Shown piece by piece: positions 19,838-29,812 of a DNA stretch of 64,000 nucleotides. Location: the NCBI GenBank assembly GCA_963665115.1, contig OY762007.1, forward strand, positions 5,088,001 through 5,152,000, written 5' to 3'. Numbering within the stretch: position 1 is the first letter of the stretch; each line of letters starts with the position of its first letter. Origin of the DNA: an uncultured Rivularia sp. (GTDB taxonomy: Bacteria > Cyanobacteriota > Cyanobacteriia > Cyanobacteriales > Nostocaceae). The position numbers were made by a program, and so were the translations under genes. The notes under the pieces were generated by a model. The model was not told the origin of the DNA. It ran no database searches and worked only from the letters and a program-made list of their open reading frames with translations.

Positions 19838-22800
19838 TTACATTGGTTTTTCTTCGGGCATCATGCACTTGTCAGAATCGCATCCCGATGGCCCCGCTTC
19901 CATTAATTCTCCGAAATCATAACGTTTCAATGCATTATGAAAATCGCTGGTATCGCGGCGGTTTTCTACTTGTTCCATTAACTCATCGTATTCCTGTTTG
20001 CTGATGGGTTCAAATGGTAAACGAGGAAAGGTTTGATGGTCGTCAAATCTTGCCAAAAGTGCGGCGCTGATGTAGCCTTCATCATTTTGAATTGCTTGGT
20101 ATATGCGATTTCCTAACTCTTCAACTTCGTTTTCTCGTACTTCAATAGTCGCTGAAGTATTATGAGTCACGTAGAATTGCTGCACCTGCATATAAAAATC
20201 CATTTGCGCTAAAGCATTAAATTGATCGATGGCAATTTGATCGGCACCAGGTACATCTGCCCAAGGTACGGCAACGGGAATTTCAACTAACCATTCGGTA
20301 CAGCGAGAATCGAACGGATCGTTTAACAAGTTGCCGTTTTCGTCTTTATCAGTTTGAGAAGGAACCACCGCATAACCGTAATCAATACAAGCCAAAGCTA
20401 CCGGATCGTTTTTGCGGAAAGTTATCCGACGAATAAACCTTTGAGCTTTGGGTGGATGCCATCCTGGAGAAGCACCAGTCAGTAAAGATTTAGTACCGCT
20501 TGGTTGCACCGTAGTACAGCGATTTGGACGCTTGATATTATGGCGATCGCAATATTCCCAAACTACCCGATGTACGATATCTTTCCACCTACTTAGATAT
20601 TCTTGTTCGCGGCGTTTAAAGGCTAAACCTTGCTTGGTTTCAGGTCTTCCTTCCGTCCACCAGTGCAACCAATCAACCCCAAAAGCATGAACGAAAAAGT
20701 CGAATAAGCCAGTAAAAGATACACCCACAATCGGATCTAACTCGCGGCTGTATTGGTAACGAGGTTCCAAGAATTTATGATTCAACAACGCAGCTACAGA
20801 TAAAGCACCAGCAGTGAAAGCTTGTTCTTGTTCTTGATAATTTTCGGGGTCAATTTGATTTAAGTGGATTTCACTAAGGTTACAGTGAAAATTACTACCC
20901 AAAATTTCTCCGCAGTTGTGAGTTATACAACCGTTCGCAATAAAAGAATGAGTTAAGGGAACATGAAGGTCGTAAACAGGCTCTTCTCCATATTCTTCAA
21001 CATTATTAACCTGAGCGGTAAACCTGGAATTAATAGTTAGGGCTGTGTAGTTTGGTAGAGGTTTAGCATTCCATTCTTCTAATCTTTGTTCTTTAAGTGG
21101 TGATAGCGGAAAACCAATCATTTGATGAAATAGTTTGTAGCTCAAAGACTGAACACAAAGAGAATAAGAACCATTATCCGCACTAACTTTTTGAACACCA
21201 TCAGCAGTGGTGTAAACAACTCCTCTATAACCTTTCCTTCTGCCGCAACGAAGCGTACTTAGTATTCCCAGTTGAAGTAAAATGAGTTGGATTTGTTGTA
21301 ATAAATCTTTAGATTTATTCACTAACTTAATACGACGGCAGTCTTTTTCGACGGTACCATCAGCACTAAAAAGACCTTGAATAAATCCAATCAAAACTTC
21401 CTTTGATTGATTTAGAAAGTTAACTGGGAGTATGTCTTTGCTTTCAATTTCTAAGTCGCTAAAAAATTTCTCTAGTAAAGGAGATTGAGTTCTAAACTCA
21501 TATACTCCTTTGTGAAGCTTTCTAGCATATTCAACACCAGTAATAGATTTGATGGCTTTACCCACTACAGGATAAGCATAATCATATTCTTGTTGATTGA
21601 AAACAAAACCTTTTGCAAAATGAGATTCTTTTCTACCATGTTTGTGTGGTTTGATAATAACATTATAGCCATCTCCATACCACCAACCAAGCATTTGTGC
21701 TTGCTCAACTGTGATAGTACCTTCACCAAAAAATCCTTCTCCTTTCTGAATATAAATATTATGTTCAGAAGTCAAATGCGAGGTTGCGACCCATCCTTTA
21801 TTCGTAAAGTGCTGATGGTCAGCAGTACATCTCATTTGCTGTCCATTTTTTAGTGTGACAATATATGTAGTTTGTACACCTGTAGAAAATGCTATTGCAT
21901 CAGTTAACTTAACCCCATCTAATCCTATGGAACGTAAATCAACTAAAGCTTTAAATGGCTTACCAACTAAATCTTTAATTGCTACTAATCCTCTGTTGGT
22001 AGATACTAATGTGTCACCTGAATGACACGGGTTTAAACCAAACCTATTCAAGCGATGCTCAATTTCATTTTGATCGAGATAAGAATATTTTTTCTTTAAC
22101 CAATCAGCGCCCTTACCTTGTTGATAAGCCTGTAAAAAATCAGTTTTCAATTCCTTGGTTGTTAACAAATCAAGGTTTGCTCTAGCAACAGCTTCACCAG
22201 CCCATTGAATTGCACCTTCACCACTGTAATATTGCTTGCGAACGGCATTAACACATTCTTCTAAAGTAGGTTTTTGGTGAAATACCCTGGTATGATTCGA
22301 CATTCTCAGCGCATCTCTTTCGGGATCGATCCGCCAATTCCCATCTTCACCTTGCTGCCATAAATTAGCTTTTGCGTCTGCAAATGCAGTGTCTTCGCTG
22401 ACACCTTGCCTCATCCCGGCCGATCGACGGATATTTCCGGCCACAATTGTTACAGCCGCTTCATCAATCAACAAACAGCATTCCACCGAAGTTAATTTTC
22501 TGCCAACAGCTTTATTAAGAATTGCAGCACAGCGATGATAAAGTTCGGGTAACTTCACCGGATTCGCCATACCACCGAAACCTTGCAACGGTTCGCCAGC
22601 TTTACGAATATCACTGATATCAACAGTTACTTCGACTTCTTGACTCAAACGTTCGTCAGTAGATAATTCTAAAAGACTTTTATAGGACTGTACCCAACCT
22701 TGACGGCTATCTCCAACATAAATAGTCGCTCGATTACCTTCAATTTTAGTTTCTGTAAATTCACGGCGCTCGTTAGCTATAGTTTTACCAATATCGCCTT

Positions 22801-23251
22801 CTACTGTCACCTTTAAACCATTGCGGATACTAGGTAACTGATTAATATATTTGGGTTCTAAAATTGCTCCCGTACCGCAGCCCATCATCGCCAAATCCAT
22901 CATTAACCCGAAAGCACTCCAGTCAATGACGTTTGTCGAAGTACAGTTATAAGCACCCGAAAAATTCTTCGGCTGAGTCAGCCAATTTGTACCACCCACC
23001 CACAACCATCTTCCACTCGGTAAAGCCTTGAGATTGCGCTGCATTCCTTCCAAAAGTACAGCTTCATCTTGAGTAAGCTTACCTAACTCAACCAAACCTT
23101 TTAGAGTGCGATCGCAAACCTGACTCCAGGATTCTCTCGTCCCTTCCGACTGTTGACGACGGCTGTAAGTCCTGAAAAATACAGGATTTGCAGCAGGGGC
23201 TGTTTGAGGAAAGTCTGCACCTTGGTGTTTCCGTTCAAGCTCTCGAACCAT
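19838..23251 (-). CDS. nrdJ: Adenosylcobalamin-dependent (class II) ribonucleotide reductase containing an intein
   Basis: GAYNC, GNIRRSA, LNP|CGEI, TTVQPSGTKS and C-terminal GCDSDKC motifs. Confidence 0.95.
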   Translation of the reverse strand: MVRELERKHQGADFPQTAPAANPVFFRTYSRRQQSEGTRESWSQVCDRTLKGLVELGKLTQDEAVLLEGMQRNLKALPSGRWLWVGGTNWLTQPKNFSGAYNCTSTNVIDWSAFGLMMDLAMMGCGTGAILEPKYINQLPSIRNGLKVTVEGDIGKTIANERREFTETKIEGNRATIYVGDSRQGWVQSYKSLLELSTDERLSQEVEVTVDISDIRKAGEPLQGFGGMANPVKLPELYHRCAAILNKAVGRKLTSVECCLLIDEAAVTIVAGNIRRSAGMRQGVSEDTAFADAKANLWQQGEDGNWRIDPERDALRMSNHTRVFHQKPTLEECVNAVRKQYYSGEGAIQWAGEAVARANLDLLTTKELKTDFLQAYQQGKGADWLKKKYSYLDQNEIEHRLNRFGLNPCHSGDTLVSTNRGLVAIKDLVGKPFKALVDLRSIGLDGVKLTDAIAFSTGVQTTYIVTLKNGQQMRCTADHQHFTNKGWVATSHLTSEHNIYIQKGEGFFGEGTITVEQAQMLGWWYGDGYNVIIKPHKHGRKESHFAKGFVFNQQEYDYAYPVVGKAIKSITGVEYARKLHKGVYEFRTQSPLLEKFFSDLEIESKDILPVNFLNQSKEVLIGFIQGLFSADGTVEKDCRRIKLVNKSKDLLQQIQLILLQLGILSTLRCGRRKGYRGVVYTTADGVQKVSADNGSYSLCVQSLSYKLFHQMIGFPLSPLKEQRLEEWNAKPLPNYTALTINSRFTAQVNNVEEYGEEPVYDLHVPLTHSFIANGCITHNCGEILGSNFHCNLSEIHLNQIDPENYQEQEQAFTAGALSVAALLNHKFLEPRYQYSRELDPIVGVSFTGLFDFFVHAFGVDWLHWWTEGRPETKQGLAFKRREQEYLSRWKDIVHRVVWEYCDRHNIKRPNRCTTVQPSGTKSLLTGASPGWHPPKAQRFIRRITFRKNDPVALACIDYGYAVVPSQTDKDENGNLLNDPFDSRCTEWLVEIPVAVPWADVPGADQIAIDQFNALAQMDFYMQVQQFYVTHNTSATIEVRENEVEELGNRIYQAIQNDEGYISAALLARFDDHQTFPRLPFEPISKQEYDELMEQVENRRDTSDFHNALKRYDFGELMEAGPSGCDSDKCMMPEEKPM
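20915..22027 (-). mobile_element. 371-aa intein with LAGLIDADG homing endonuclease
   Basis: Starts CHSGDTLV; block B CTADHQHF; LGWWYGDG and IQGLFSADG; ends VYDLHV..THN followed by C. Confidence 0.93.
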
Positions 23252-23556
23252 ATTTTTATCGTGTCTTTTTTTCGATCAGATTAAGACTATACGTCAAGTA
23301 GCATTACAATAAAAGACTGCATAATTTTGAAAATTTCGCCACAAGAATCAGTGAGCAGCGAACAGTTAAGAGTGAGGAATTAGGAGTTAGGAATTAATAA
23401 TTAAGACTTATAAGTTATTTTTGGTTTCTAAACGTCTAATAAAAGTCAATATTTAGAGGATTTTAATTTTTAGTTGTTTTCGTCAATCGCAATCCAAAAT
23501 CCCTGCACAAAAACATCCGTTGTTAAAATCCAAAATCTAGAATCTAAAATCCTAAG

Positions 23557-24135
23557 ATGTCTATTGCTCCTTGGCGTTCATTTCTAGCTAGCGCTCTCAA
23601 AAAGAATCGCGCTCATCCACATTCCCGCTACTTCCAACTAGCAACTGTCCGCAGTGATGGAACTCCTGCCAATCGTACCGTGGTTTTTCGCGGCTTTATA
23701 GAAGATACCAATCAATTAAAAATTATTACCGATACTCGCAGCGAAAAAATTACAGAAATTGAGAATCAGTCACGGGGAGAAATTTGCTGGTATTTCACTA
23801 ATAGCCGCGAACAATTCCGCATTGCTGGAAACATGATAATAATTGATGCCAACCATCAAAATTCTGAATTATTGAAAGCTCGCGAATCAACATGGCAAGA
23901 CTTATCAGATAACGCTCGTATCCAATTTGCCTGGGCGCATCCGGGAGAACCCAGAGCAAACCCCGAAGCATTTTCACCACCGCAGCCAGATGCAAATAAA
24001 CCCTTGGATAACTTTTGTTTGCTGCTATTTGAACCCATAAAAGTTGATTATTTGCGATTGAGAGGAGAGCCGCAAAATCGGACTATTTATGTAAAAGATG
24101 AAACGGGGTGGGATGTGAAAGAGGTTAATCCGTGA
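23557..24135 (+). CDS. FMN-binding pyridoxamine 5'-phosphate oxidase-like flavoprotein
   Basis: QLATV, RTVVFRGF, TDTRSEK and EQFRIAG motifs. Confidence 0.85.
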   Translation: MSIAPWRSFLASALKKNRAHPHSRYFQLATVRSDGTPANRTVVFRGFIEDTNQLKIITDTRSEKITEIENQSRGEICWYFTNSREQFRIAGNMIIIDANHQNSELLKARESTWQDLSDNARIQFAWAHPGEPRANPEAFSPPQPDANKPLDNFCLLLFEPIKVDYLRLRGEPQNRTIYVKDETGWDVKEVNP

Positions 24136-24341
24136 TGATAATCGAAATCGCCCTCACCCTCGAAGGGTGGGGCTACAGCAACAAAGCCCGTCTGCACGGG
24201 CTATTTCGTTTTTTACCAGTAAATGTTGTAGAGACGTAGCAGTGCTACGTCTCCATATTTAGCGGATGGGACGCAATATTTGAGTAGAGGACAATTTTAG
24301 TAGAGGAGAGATTAATTTGTTGCTACCTAGTTAAATTCTAT

Positions 24342-24556
24342 GCGAGCAAGATGTGAAAGTAGCTCGCGAGCAAGATGTGAAAATACCTAGCAAGTAATAT
24401 GTGAAAATACTTAGCAAGTAATATGTGAAAATAGCTAGCAAGTAATATGTGAAAATACTTAGCAAGTAATATGTGAAAATACTTAGCAAGTAATATGTGA
24501 AAATACTTAGCGAGCAAGATGTGAAAATAGCTAGCGAGCAAGATGCTCGCACTACA
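24342..24556. repeat. 24-bp tandem array of 8 units ending in a REP-like palindrome
   Basis: GC(A/G)AG(T/C)AA(T/G)ATGTGAAAATA(C/G)(T/C)TA units, then GCGAGCAAGATGCTCGCACTAC. Confidence 0.9.
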
Positions 24557-24570
24557 AATAGTTGAAAAAT

Positions 24571-24759
24571 TTATTCATCTTCTTCAGACAGTGGTGCATT
24601 AATATCAAACTCAACATCAGCAACCAAGGATTTAACTCGGTTGAGTAAATCAGAACTGATTGGTTTGATATTTTGAGGATTCTTGCTCATATCTTGAACT
24701 AAGAAATCTAGAAACTTTTCAACCGTTGAATTTTCTTCTTGATTTTGAAAGTAAGACAT
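24571..24759 (-). CDS. Orphan C-terminal half of a PrlF-type antitoxin
   Basis: FLDFLVQDMSKNPQNIKPI...APLSEEDE parallels the C-terminus of 25727..26059. Confidence 0.6.
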   Translation of the reverse strand: MSYFQNQEENSTVEKFLDFLVQDMSKNPQNIKPISSDLLNRVKSLVADVEFDINAPLSEEDE

Positions 24760-24768
24760 ATTGAACTT

Positions 24769-24925
24769 ACATATTGCACTACTTTAAAAACCGCCTTGGA
24801 ATCAATTCCCAGGCTAATAGTCAAAGTCTACTTAAGTAGACTGAAATATTTGTTCAATCGTCATATTAGCCTTGGAACTGATTCCCCGGCGATTGTAAAG
24901 CCTAATTAAAAACGATGCAAGATGT
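24769..24925. mobile_element. MITE-like element
   Basis: Ends ACATATTGCA / TGCAAGATGT; internal palindromes such as AGTCTACTTAAGTAGACT. Confidence 0.5.
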
Positions 24926-24934
24926 TAAATTGAA

Positions 24935-25138
24935 TTAACCATGCCAAGCTTTATAAAAATCTTGATAGTTCATATTTTGGGCACAATTCCAGATGAATTG
25001 ATAAACTTCATCGTAACGATATGAACAATTTTTATAAAACTTTTTGCTGAGATATCCTTTCAAAGCTGTAATAATTTTAGGAAAGCAAGCGTATTTATTA
25101 ATTGAATTGACGTTTCTTATATGGGACGTAAAGGACAT
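24935..25138 (-). pseudogene. Internally deleted copy of the HEAT-repeat gene
   Basis: 24944-25115 matches 26180-26351 with 3 mismatches; 25122-25137 is identical to 28109-28124. Confidence 0.8.
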
Positions 25139-25222
25139 ATTTGTAAGATATTACAGTTGCAAGAGAGAGGGGAAGACAAGGAGATAAGCAGAAAAATAAC
25201 TAATTAGTAACTGTCAAACCTC

Positions 25223-25724
25223 CTAATCATCTAAAAATTCATTAAACTTTTCTAAACGATTAGATGCAGCTTTTGCTTCTTCAAAAAGGGTATCCCAGTC
25301 ATCTGGGGGATGCTCGTTACCAAGCATCTTTCTAAAGACTCGGTAAGCATCTGTTTTACTACCATAAGCTCGTTTGGAGTCTTCATCATTTACCCAAGCA
25401 AATATAATAATTTTACTTGCTTGGTGGTAACGAAAGAATAATCGGTATTGTTGAAAAAATTTGGCTCTAAACCAGTGCTTATATTCTTCACCTAAAGTGA
25501 CTCCTTGACGATACTCATGACGAGTTGGGGTCTTGAGGAATAATTTCAAATACGAGTTTCTTTATAGCGGTTAAACGCTTAGTTGCATTCTTTTTTTGAT
25601 AATTTTGAGGATTTCTCTGAAGCAGAATTTCCACTTGTGTCAAAAGCTCTTCACATTCATCTAAAAAAAGGGGATGTAAAAAAATGCTCCATCCATTAAT
25701 TATTAACGGCTGATTATCTGACAA
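25223..25724 (-). CDS. yhaV: YhaV-family toxin (RNase), frameshift at G4 run near 25528
   Basis: INGWSIFLHPLF, KKNATKRL, WFRAKFFQQYRLFFRY and AWVNDE..KRAY motifs. Confidence 0.88.
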
Positions 25725-25726
25725 AT

Positions 25727-26059
25727 TTATTCATCCTCTTCAGATAATGGTGCATCAAGGTCTACTTCTATACCCTCAGTCAGAAATTTAATTCGATTAA
25801 ATAAATCAGAAGTAATTGGTTTAATATTTTGAGGATTTTTGCTCATATCTTGAGCTAAGAAATTTAGAAACTTTCCAACTACGGGATCTTCTTCTTCAAA
25901 TTCTGCACGAGAGATTGTTACTTTACCGTTAGGCTCAATAGTGTAGTGAATCTTGTCCCGCTTGTTCAAGCGTAATGCTTTTCTTACATTTTCAGGAACT
26001 GTGGTTTGATATCTGTCAGTAAGAGTCGATTCTGCTTGTAAATTAAATCCTTCAGCCAT
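25727..26059 (-). CDS. prlF: PrlF/SohA-family antitoxin
   Basis: STLTDRYQTTVP..VRKALRL AbrB-type domain; abuts yhaV. Confidence 0.9.
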   Translation of the reverse strand: MAEGFNLQAESTLTDRYQTTVPENVRKALRLNKRDKIHYTIEPNGKVTISRAEFEEEDPVVGKFLNFLAQDMSKNPQNIKPITSDLFNRIKFLTEGIEVDLDAPLSEEDE

Positions 26060-26083
26060 AAGTTTTTATGTACTTATAAATTG

Positions 26084-26107
26084 ATTGCATTTCCAAGGTA
26101 ATGCAAT
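26084..26107. promoter_or_regulatory. Putative autoregulatory operator of the toxin-antitoxin operon
   Basis: ATTGCATT-TCCAAGGT-AATGCAAT palindrome just upstream of prlF. Confidence 0.55.
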
Positions 26108-26170
26108 TGCATTGTCTTGTCAATAACAGGATTTTTGGTATAGTGAAAAAATCTTTAAATTAAAACTAAA

Positions 26171-28087
26171 CTAATTATTCCAAGCTTTATAAAAATCTTG
26201 ATAGTTCATATTTTGGGCACAATTCCAGATGAATTGATAAACGTCATCGTAACGATATGAACAATTTTGATAAAACTTTTTGCTAAGATATCCTTTCAAA
26301 GCTGTAATAATTTTAGGAAAGCAAGCGTATTTATTAATTGAATTGACGTTTTGCATTACATAATCAAATAAATCTTCATCAAACTCATCATCTTCAGTTT
26401 TACAATCATTGAATAAAAAATTTTTATCCTTTTCGATTGCATTTAATAAGCTTTTAAATTCTAGACTAATTGATTCATTAATTAAAAGTCTTGCTGTTTT
26501 ATCTTCTTTCGCTATTTTATCCAAGTACATTTCAGGCAATAAACGCTCGTATTGAAATAATATGCTTAGTTTTTTTAAGCAATCTAATTCAATCAAAGTA
26601 TTTATTGCTATTTGATAATGGCTTTCAAATTGTAGTAAGATAGCCGCAGCATTTTCACATTTATAAACCTGCATAAATTCAACAAGAATCGAAATCGCTA
26701 GTTCATTATCTGGCTCTAATCGCAAAATAGCTTCAGCCAAATCAACATCAAATATCTTGCCTTTTTGTGACTGTAAAATTTTTACCAAAGCAGCTATACT
26801 TTCTTGATAGATTACTAAATCTATATTTGGATCGAGAAGCATCTTGCTAATAGCATAAATTGCTAAGCGTGAATCTCTTAGACAACGTATCTCTAATAAA
26901 TAACCATCATTTACATTTGAACTTTTTTCTATAAAGGAAATGAAGCTCAGAATAACTTCTCTATCGCCCGGATATAATGTTACCAAAGATGTTATTATTC
27001 GAGGATAAAAATATAGTTCGTTGTCACTGAAGACTCCTATATTATCCAAATCATCTAAAAAATAATTTTCCGAAGTCTCTAAAAGTTGAATTAAAGTTTC
27101 CTTAACTCCAGGTTGATTACAATCAAACTTCCCCAAACTAGCAGCAATTTCAGCACGAAGAACATCGTCTTTACAACTTTTCAATCTTTCCGATAAAACT
27201 TTGATAGCTGCTTGATTTCGAGAGTCTATTTCTTGTAGGAATTCTACAGCTTTAACTAAAAGATACATTTCCTGAGTACTTTCAAGAATATAAACCAAAG
27301 CATCCTTCGCGACTTCATTACCGCTATCTAGCAACAACAAAGCTTTCGCAGCATCAACACAAATTCTGTCACCTCGATTTATCTGCAAAAACTTCTCTAA
27401 AGCCAGAATTGCTATTTGATTCCCACAGCCAATTTTCCCCAAAGTCTTAATCGCTTCACAACAGAGGTTTTTATCCTCCGTCGTTTCCATCAATTTAATA
27501 ACGGTGGTTATCGCTGTTTGATTCCCAGCACCAATTTTTCCAATACTCCGACAAATACTTGAACGTTTGTAATTATCTGTTGTCACATCCAGCAGTAAAA
27601 TTAAAGCAGCGATCGCCATCTTATTCCCTACATCCAATTTTCCCAATTTCACCGCAGCAGCTTGCAAAGTTAACCGACTCGGAGTATTACGCAGCAACAA
27701 TTCAAAAGCTTTGATAACTCTTGTTTTGTCGGTGACTTGTAAAGCATTTCTTGCAGCTTCTACCAACGGTTGAGGAAAAAGCTGCCAGCCAAAATATAGA
27801 TAGCTCCAATCAAGCAACTGTTTAACAATTGCATCGCCACTGCTACATTCAGGAAAATAACTTAAAGCTTCTGCGGCTAAGAAATAAGCACGATATCGAT
27901 AAAAACCACCGCAATTGTCATCAAAATTAACAAGCGCCCGAATCAAAGCTTCTTTCTGCTGTTTAGGAATATCTTCTCGACTAAACCAATACAGAATTTC
28001 AGCTTTAAAATCGGACGCAAAAATGCGGTAATTACCTTGCTCGGGATTATTTAGTTCGTGGTTAAAGTAATATTGATAATCATTCAT
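26171..28087 (-). CDS. HEAT/PBS-lyase repeat protein
   Basis: Repeated LGKI..GN..AI.AL units; C-terminal WNCAQNMNYQDFYKAW. Confidence 0.8.
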   Translation of the reverse strand: MNDYQYYFNHELNNPEQGNYRIFASDFKAEILYWFSREDIPKQQKEALIRALVNFDDNCGGFYRYRAYFLAAEALSYFPECSSGDAIVKQLLDWSYLYFGWQLFPQPLVEAARNALQVTDKTRVIKAFELLLRNTPSRLTLQAAAVKLGKLDVGNKMAIAALILLLDVTTDNYKRSSICRSIGKIGAGNQTAITTVIKLMETTEDKNLCCEAIKTLGKIGCGNQIAILALEKFLQINRGDRICVDAAKALLLLDSGNEVAKDALVYILESTQEMYLLVKAVEFLQEIDSRNQAAIKVLSERLKSCKDDVLRAEIAASLGKFDCNQPGVKETLIQLLETSENYFLDDLDNIGVFSDNELYFYPRIITSLVTLYPGDREVILSFISFIEKSSNVNDGYLLEIRCLRDSRLAIYAISKMLLDPNIDLVIYQESIAALVKILQSQKGKIFDVDLAEAILRLEPDNELAISILVEFMQVYKCENAAAILLQFESHYQIAINTLIELDCLKKLSILFQYERLLPEMYLDKIAKEDKTARLLINESISLEFKSLLNAIEKDKNFLFNDCKTEDDEFDEDLFDYVMQNVNSINKYACFPKIITALKGYLSKKFYQNCSYRYDDVYQFIWNCAQNMNYQDFYKAWNN

Positions 28088-28238
28088 TTCCCCCTACCCA
28101 TCTTCATGTGGGACGTAAAGGACACTTATGAAAAGCATATCACAATTAGAAGAGGTGAGGAGAGGGGTAGATGGGGTAGAAAATTCTTCACAACTCACAA
28201 CTTACTACTTTTAACTACTAACTCTTAACTCCTAATTC

Positions 28239-29030
28239 TTAGATTCCCGAGCCATCCAAAAATTCGTCTATTGCCTTATCTTCTAAACGACATTGAGTAT
28301 GATTTTCCCTCAAATGTGCTTCACTTAAAACGTGAGATTCAAGAAGATTATTTTCTCTAAAAGCTACATTTGCAATAGTCTTTGAAACGTTGTGCTGCTT
28401 TTCTTGTAAATGTTCAATTTGCTGCTCTAGCTGCTCAATTCTATCTACTAAAGCGCGTATTGCTTGGGCTTCAGCATCTGGCAAACGACCGTGTTCTAGC
28501 GGGTCAACTTTTACACCAGAACGATAGACAATTCTACCGGGAACGCCTACTACAGTGCAATCTGAAGGTACATCTCGCAACACAACTGAACCCGCGCCGA
28601 TACGCACGTTGTTACCGATTTGGAGATTTCCCAATACTTTCGCACCCGCACCAACAACTACGCATTCTCCTAAAGTTGGGTGACGTTTACCAGTTTCTTT
28701 ACCAGTACCACCCAAAGTGACACCTTGGTAAATCAGTGCATTATCTCCGATAATTGCCGTTTCACCAATCACTACACCCATTCCGTGATCGATAAATACA
28801 CCCTTGCCAATAGTTGCTCCAGGGTGAATTTCAACTCCAGTCAAAAAGCGTGCTAAGTGAGAAGTTAAACGAGGAAGAAAAGGTATTCCGACGTTACGCA
28901 TCCATCGAGCTATTCTATGCAGTAGCAAAGCTTGCAAACCAGGGTAGCAGAATAATACTTCTAACCAGTTACGAGCCGCTGGATCGCGTTCAAATATAAT
29001 ACGAAAGTCAGCAATAAATGTTGATAACAC
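28239..29030 (-). CDS. cysE: Serine O-acetyltransferase
   Basis: ERDPAA, EIHPGA, FIDHG and GKRHPT motifs. Confidence 0.97.
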   Translation of the reverse strand: MLSTFIADFRIIFERDPAARNWLEVLFCYPGLQALLLHRIARWMRNVGIPFLPRLTSHLARFLTGVEIHPGATIGKGVFIDHGMGVVIGETAIIGDNALIYQGVTLGGTGKETGKRHPTLGECVVVGAGAKVLGNLQIGNNVRIGAGSVVLRDVPSDCTVVGVPGRIVYRSGVKVDPLEHGRLPDAEAQAIRALVDRIEQLEQQIEHLQEKQHNVSKTIANVAFRENNLLESHVLSEAHLRENHTQCRLEDKAIDEFLDGSGI

Positions 29031-29323
29031 GAGTTCGCACCCTCGGAGAGCCTTTACACCAAATACAGTCTATATTACCGTCCTATGGGGACAATGAGAG
29101 ATGGGAAAATGAGGGGATGGGGAGATGGTAAGCCACTGCGTTGCCGGGGGTTCCCCCCGTTGTAGCAAGTGGCGCAACCCGTAGGGGGGGAGACAAGGGG
29201 ACAAGGAGAATTTTAAATTTTTGACTCCTAGTTCCTAACTCCTAACTCTTACCAATGCCCAATCCCCAATTCCCATTTCCCATTCCCAATTCCATTGTAA
29301 TTCATTAGTACGGAAATTTAGAA

Positions 29324-29812
29324 CTATTCCTGCAAAGAAAGCTTGTAATTATTTCTTGTACTAGCTTTGAAGCTGCCCACCCAGATTTTATATGTTCCTG
29401 CTTTCCAGTTAGTGCTGTTAATGCTAGCGTCTTTACTTCTGCCAGTATCGTCACCACAGCGAACTGTTTTATTGTCTGGCCCAACTATTAGTAAAGTAGT
29501 GTCATAGCCACCGCTATTAACTTTGATATTTAATTTTGAAAAATCTTTCTCTAAAACTAGAATATGATCTGGTTTGGGATCTGCAAAACCAATGCACAAA
29601 TTTCTATTGCGATCGCGTTTACTGACTGCAGATAAGGAATAAGAACCACCTGTATAACCCGTGACTGTTTTCTTTACAGCTTCCGAGTTTGGAGATAAGC
29701 TAATTTTTCCAAAGAAAGAGTTATTTGCTGCTACGGGATTAGAAGTAATAACAGTAAATAAACCTGCAAGGCAGCTTAGAGATAATAAAATTTGGGAGCG
29801 ACACGATTTCAT
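29324..29812 (-). CDS. Secreted hypothetical protein (PPC-like beta domain)
   Basis: Signal peptide; PDHIL, DTTL, CGDD and GTYKIWVGS motifs. Confidence 0.7.
   Translation of the reverse strand: MKSCRSQILLSLSCLAGLFTVITSNPVAANNSFFGKISLSPNSEAVKKTVTGYTGGSYSLSAVSKRDRNRNLCIGFADPKPDHILVLEKDFSKLNIKVNSGGYDTTLLIVGPDNKTVRCGDDTGRSKDASINSTNWKAGTYKIWVGSFKASTRNNYKLSLQE

Noticed and set aside
19463..20004. ORFs 19463..19777, 19605..19922 and 19792..20004
   Set aside because: They run through GC-rich repeat nests or antisense to real genes
23252..23556. Cobalamin riboswitch or NrdR box upstream of nrdJ
   Set aside because: No recognisable B12 box or convincing palindrome; the region is mostly STRR and AT-rich DNA
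24342..24556. Possible CRISPR array, and ORFs 24331..24552 / 24338..24541
   Set aside because: Units are contiguous with no unique spacers and no cas genes are present; the ORFs are just translations of the repeat
24944..26351. Possible DGR template/variable repeat pair, given the Avd-like gene in the window
   Set aside because: Only 3 mismatches, one not at an adenine of the putative template; no reverse transcriptase; the four-helix gene is about 16 kb away
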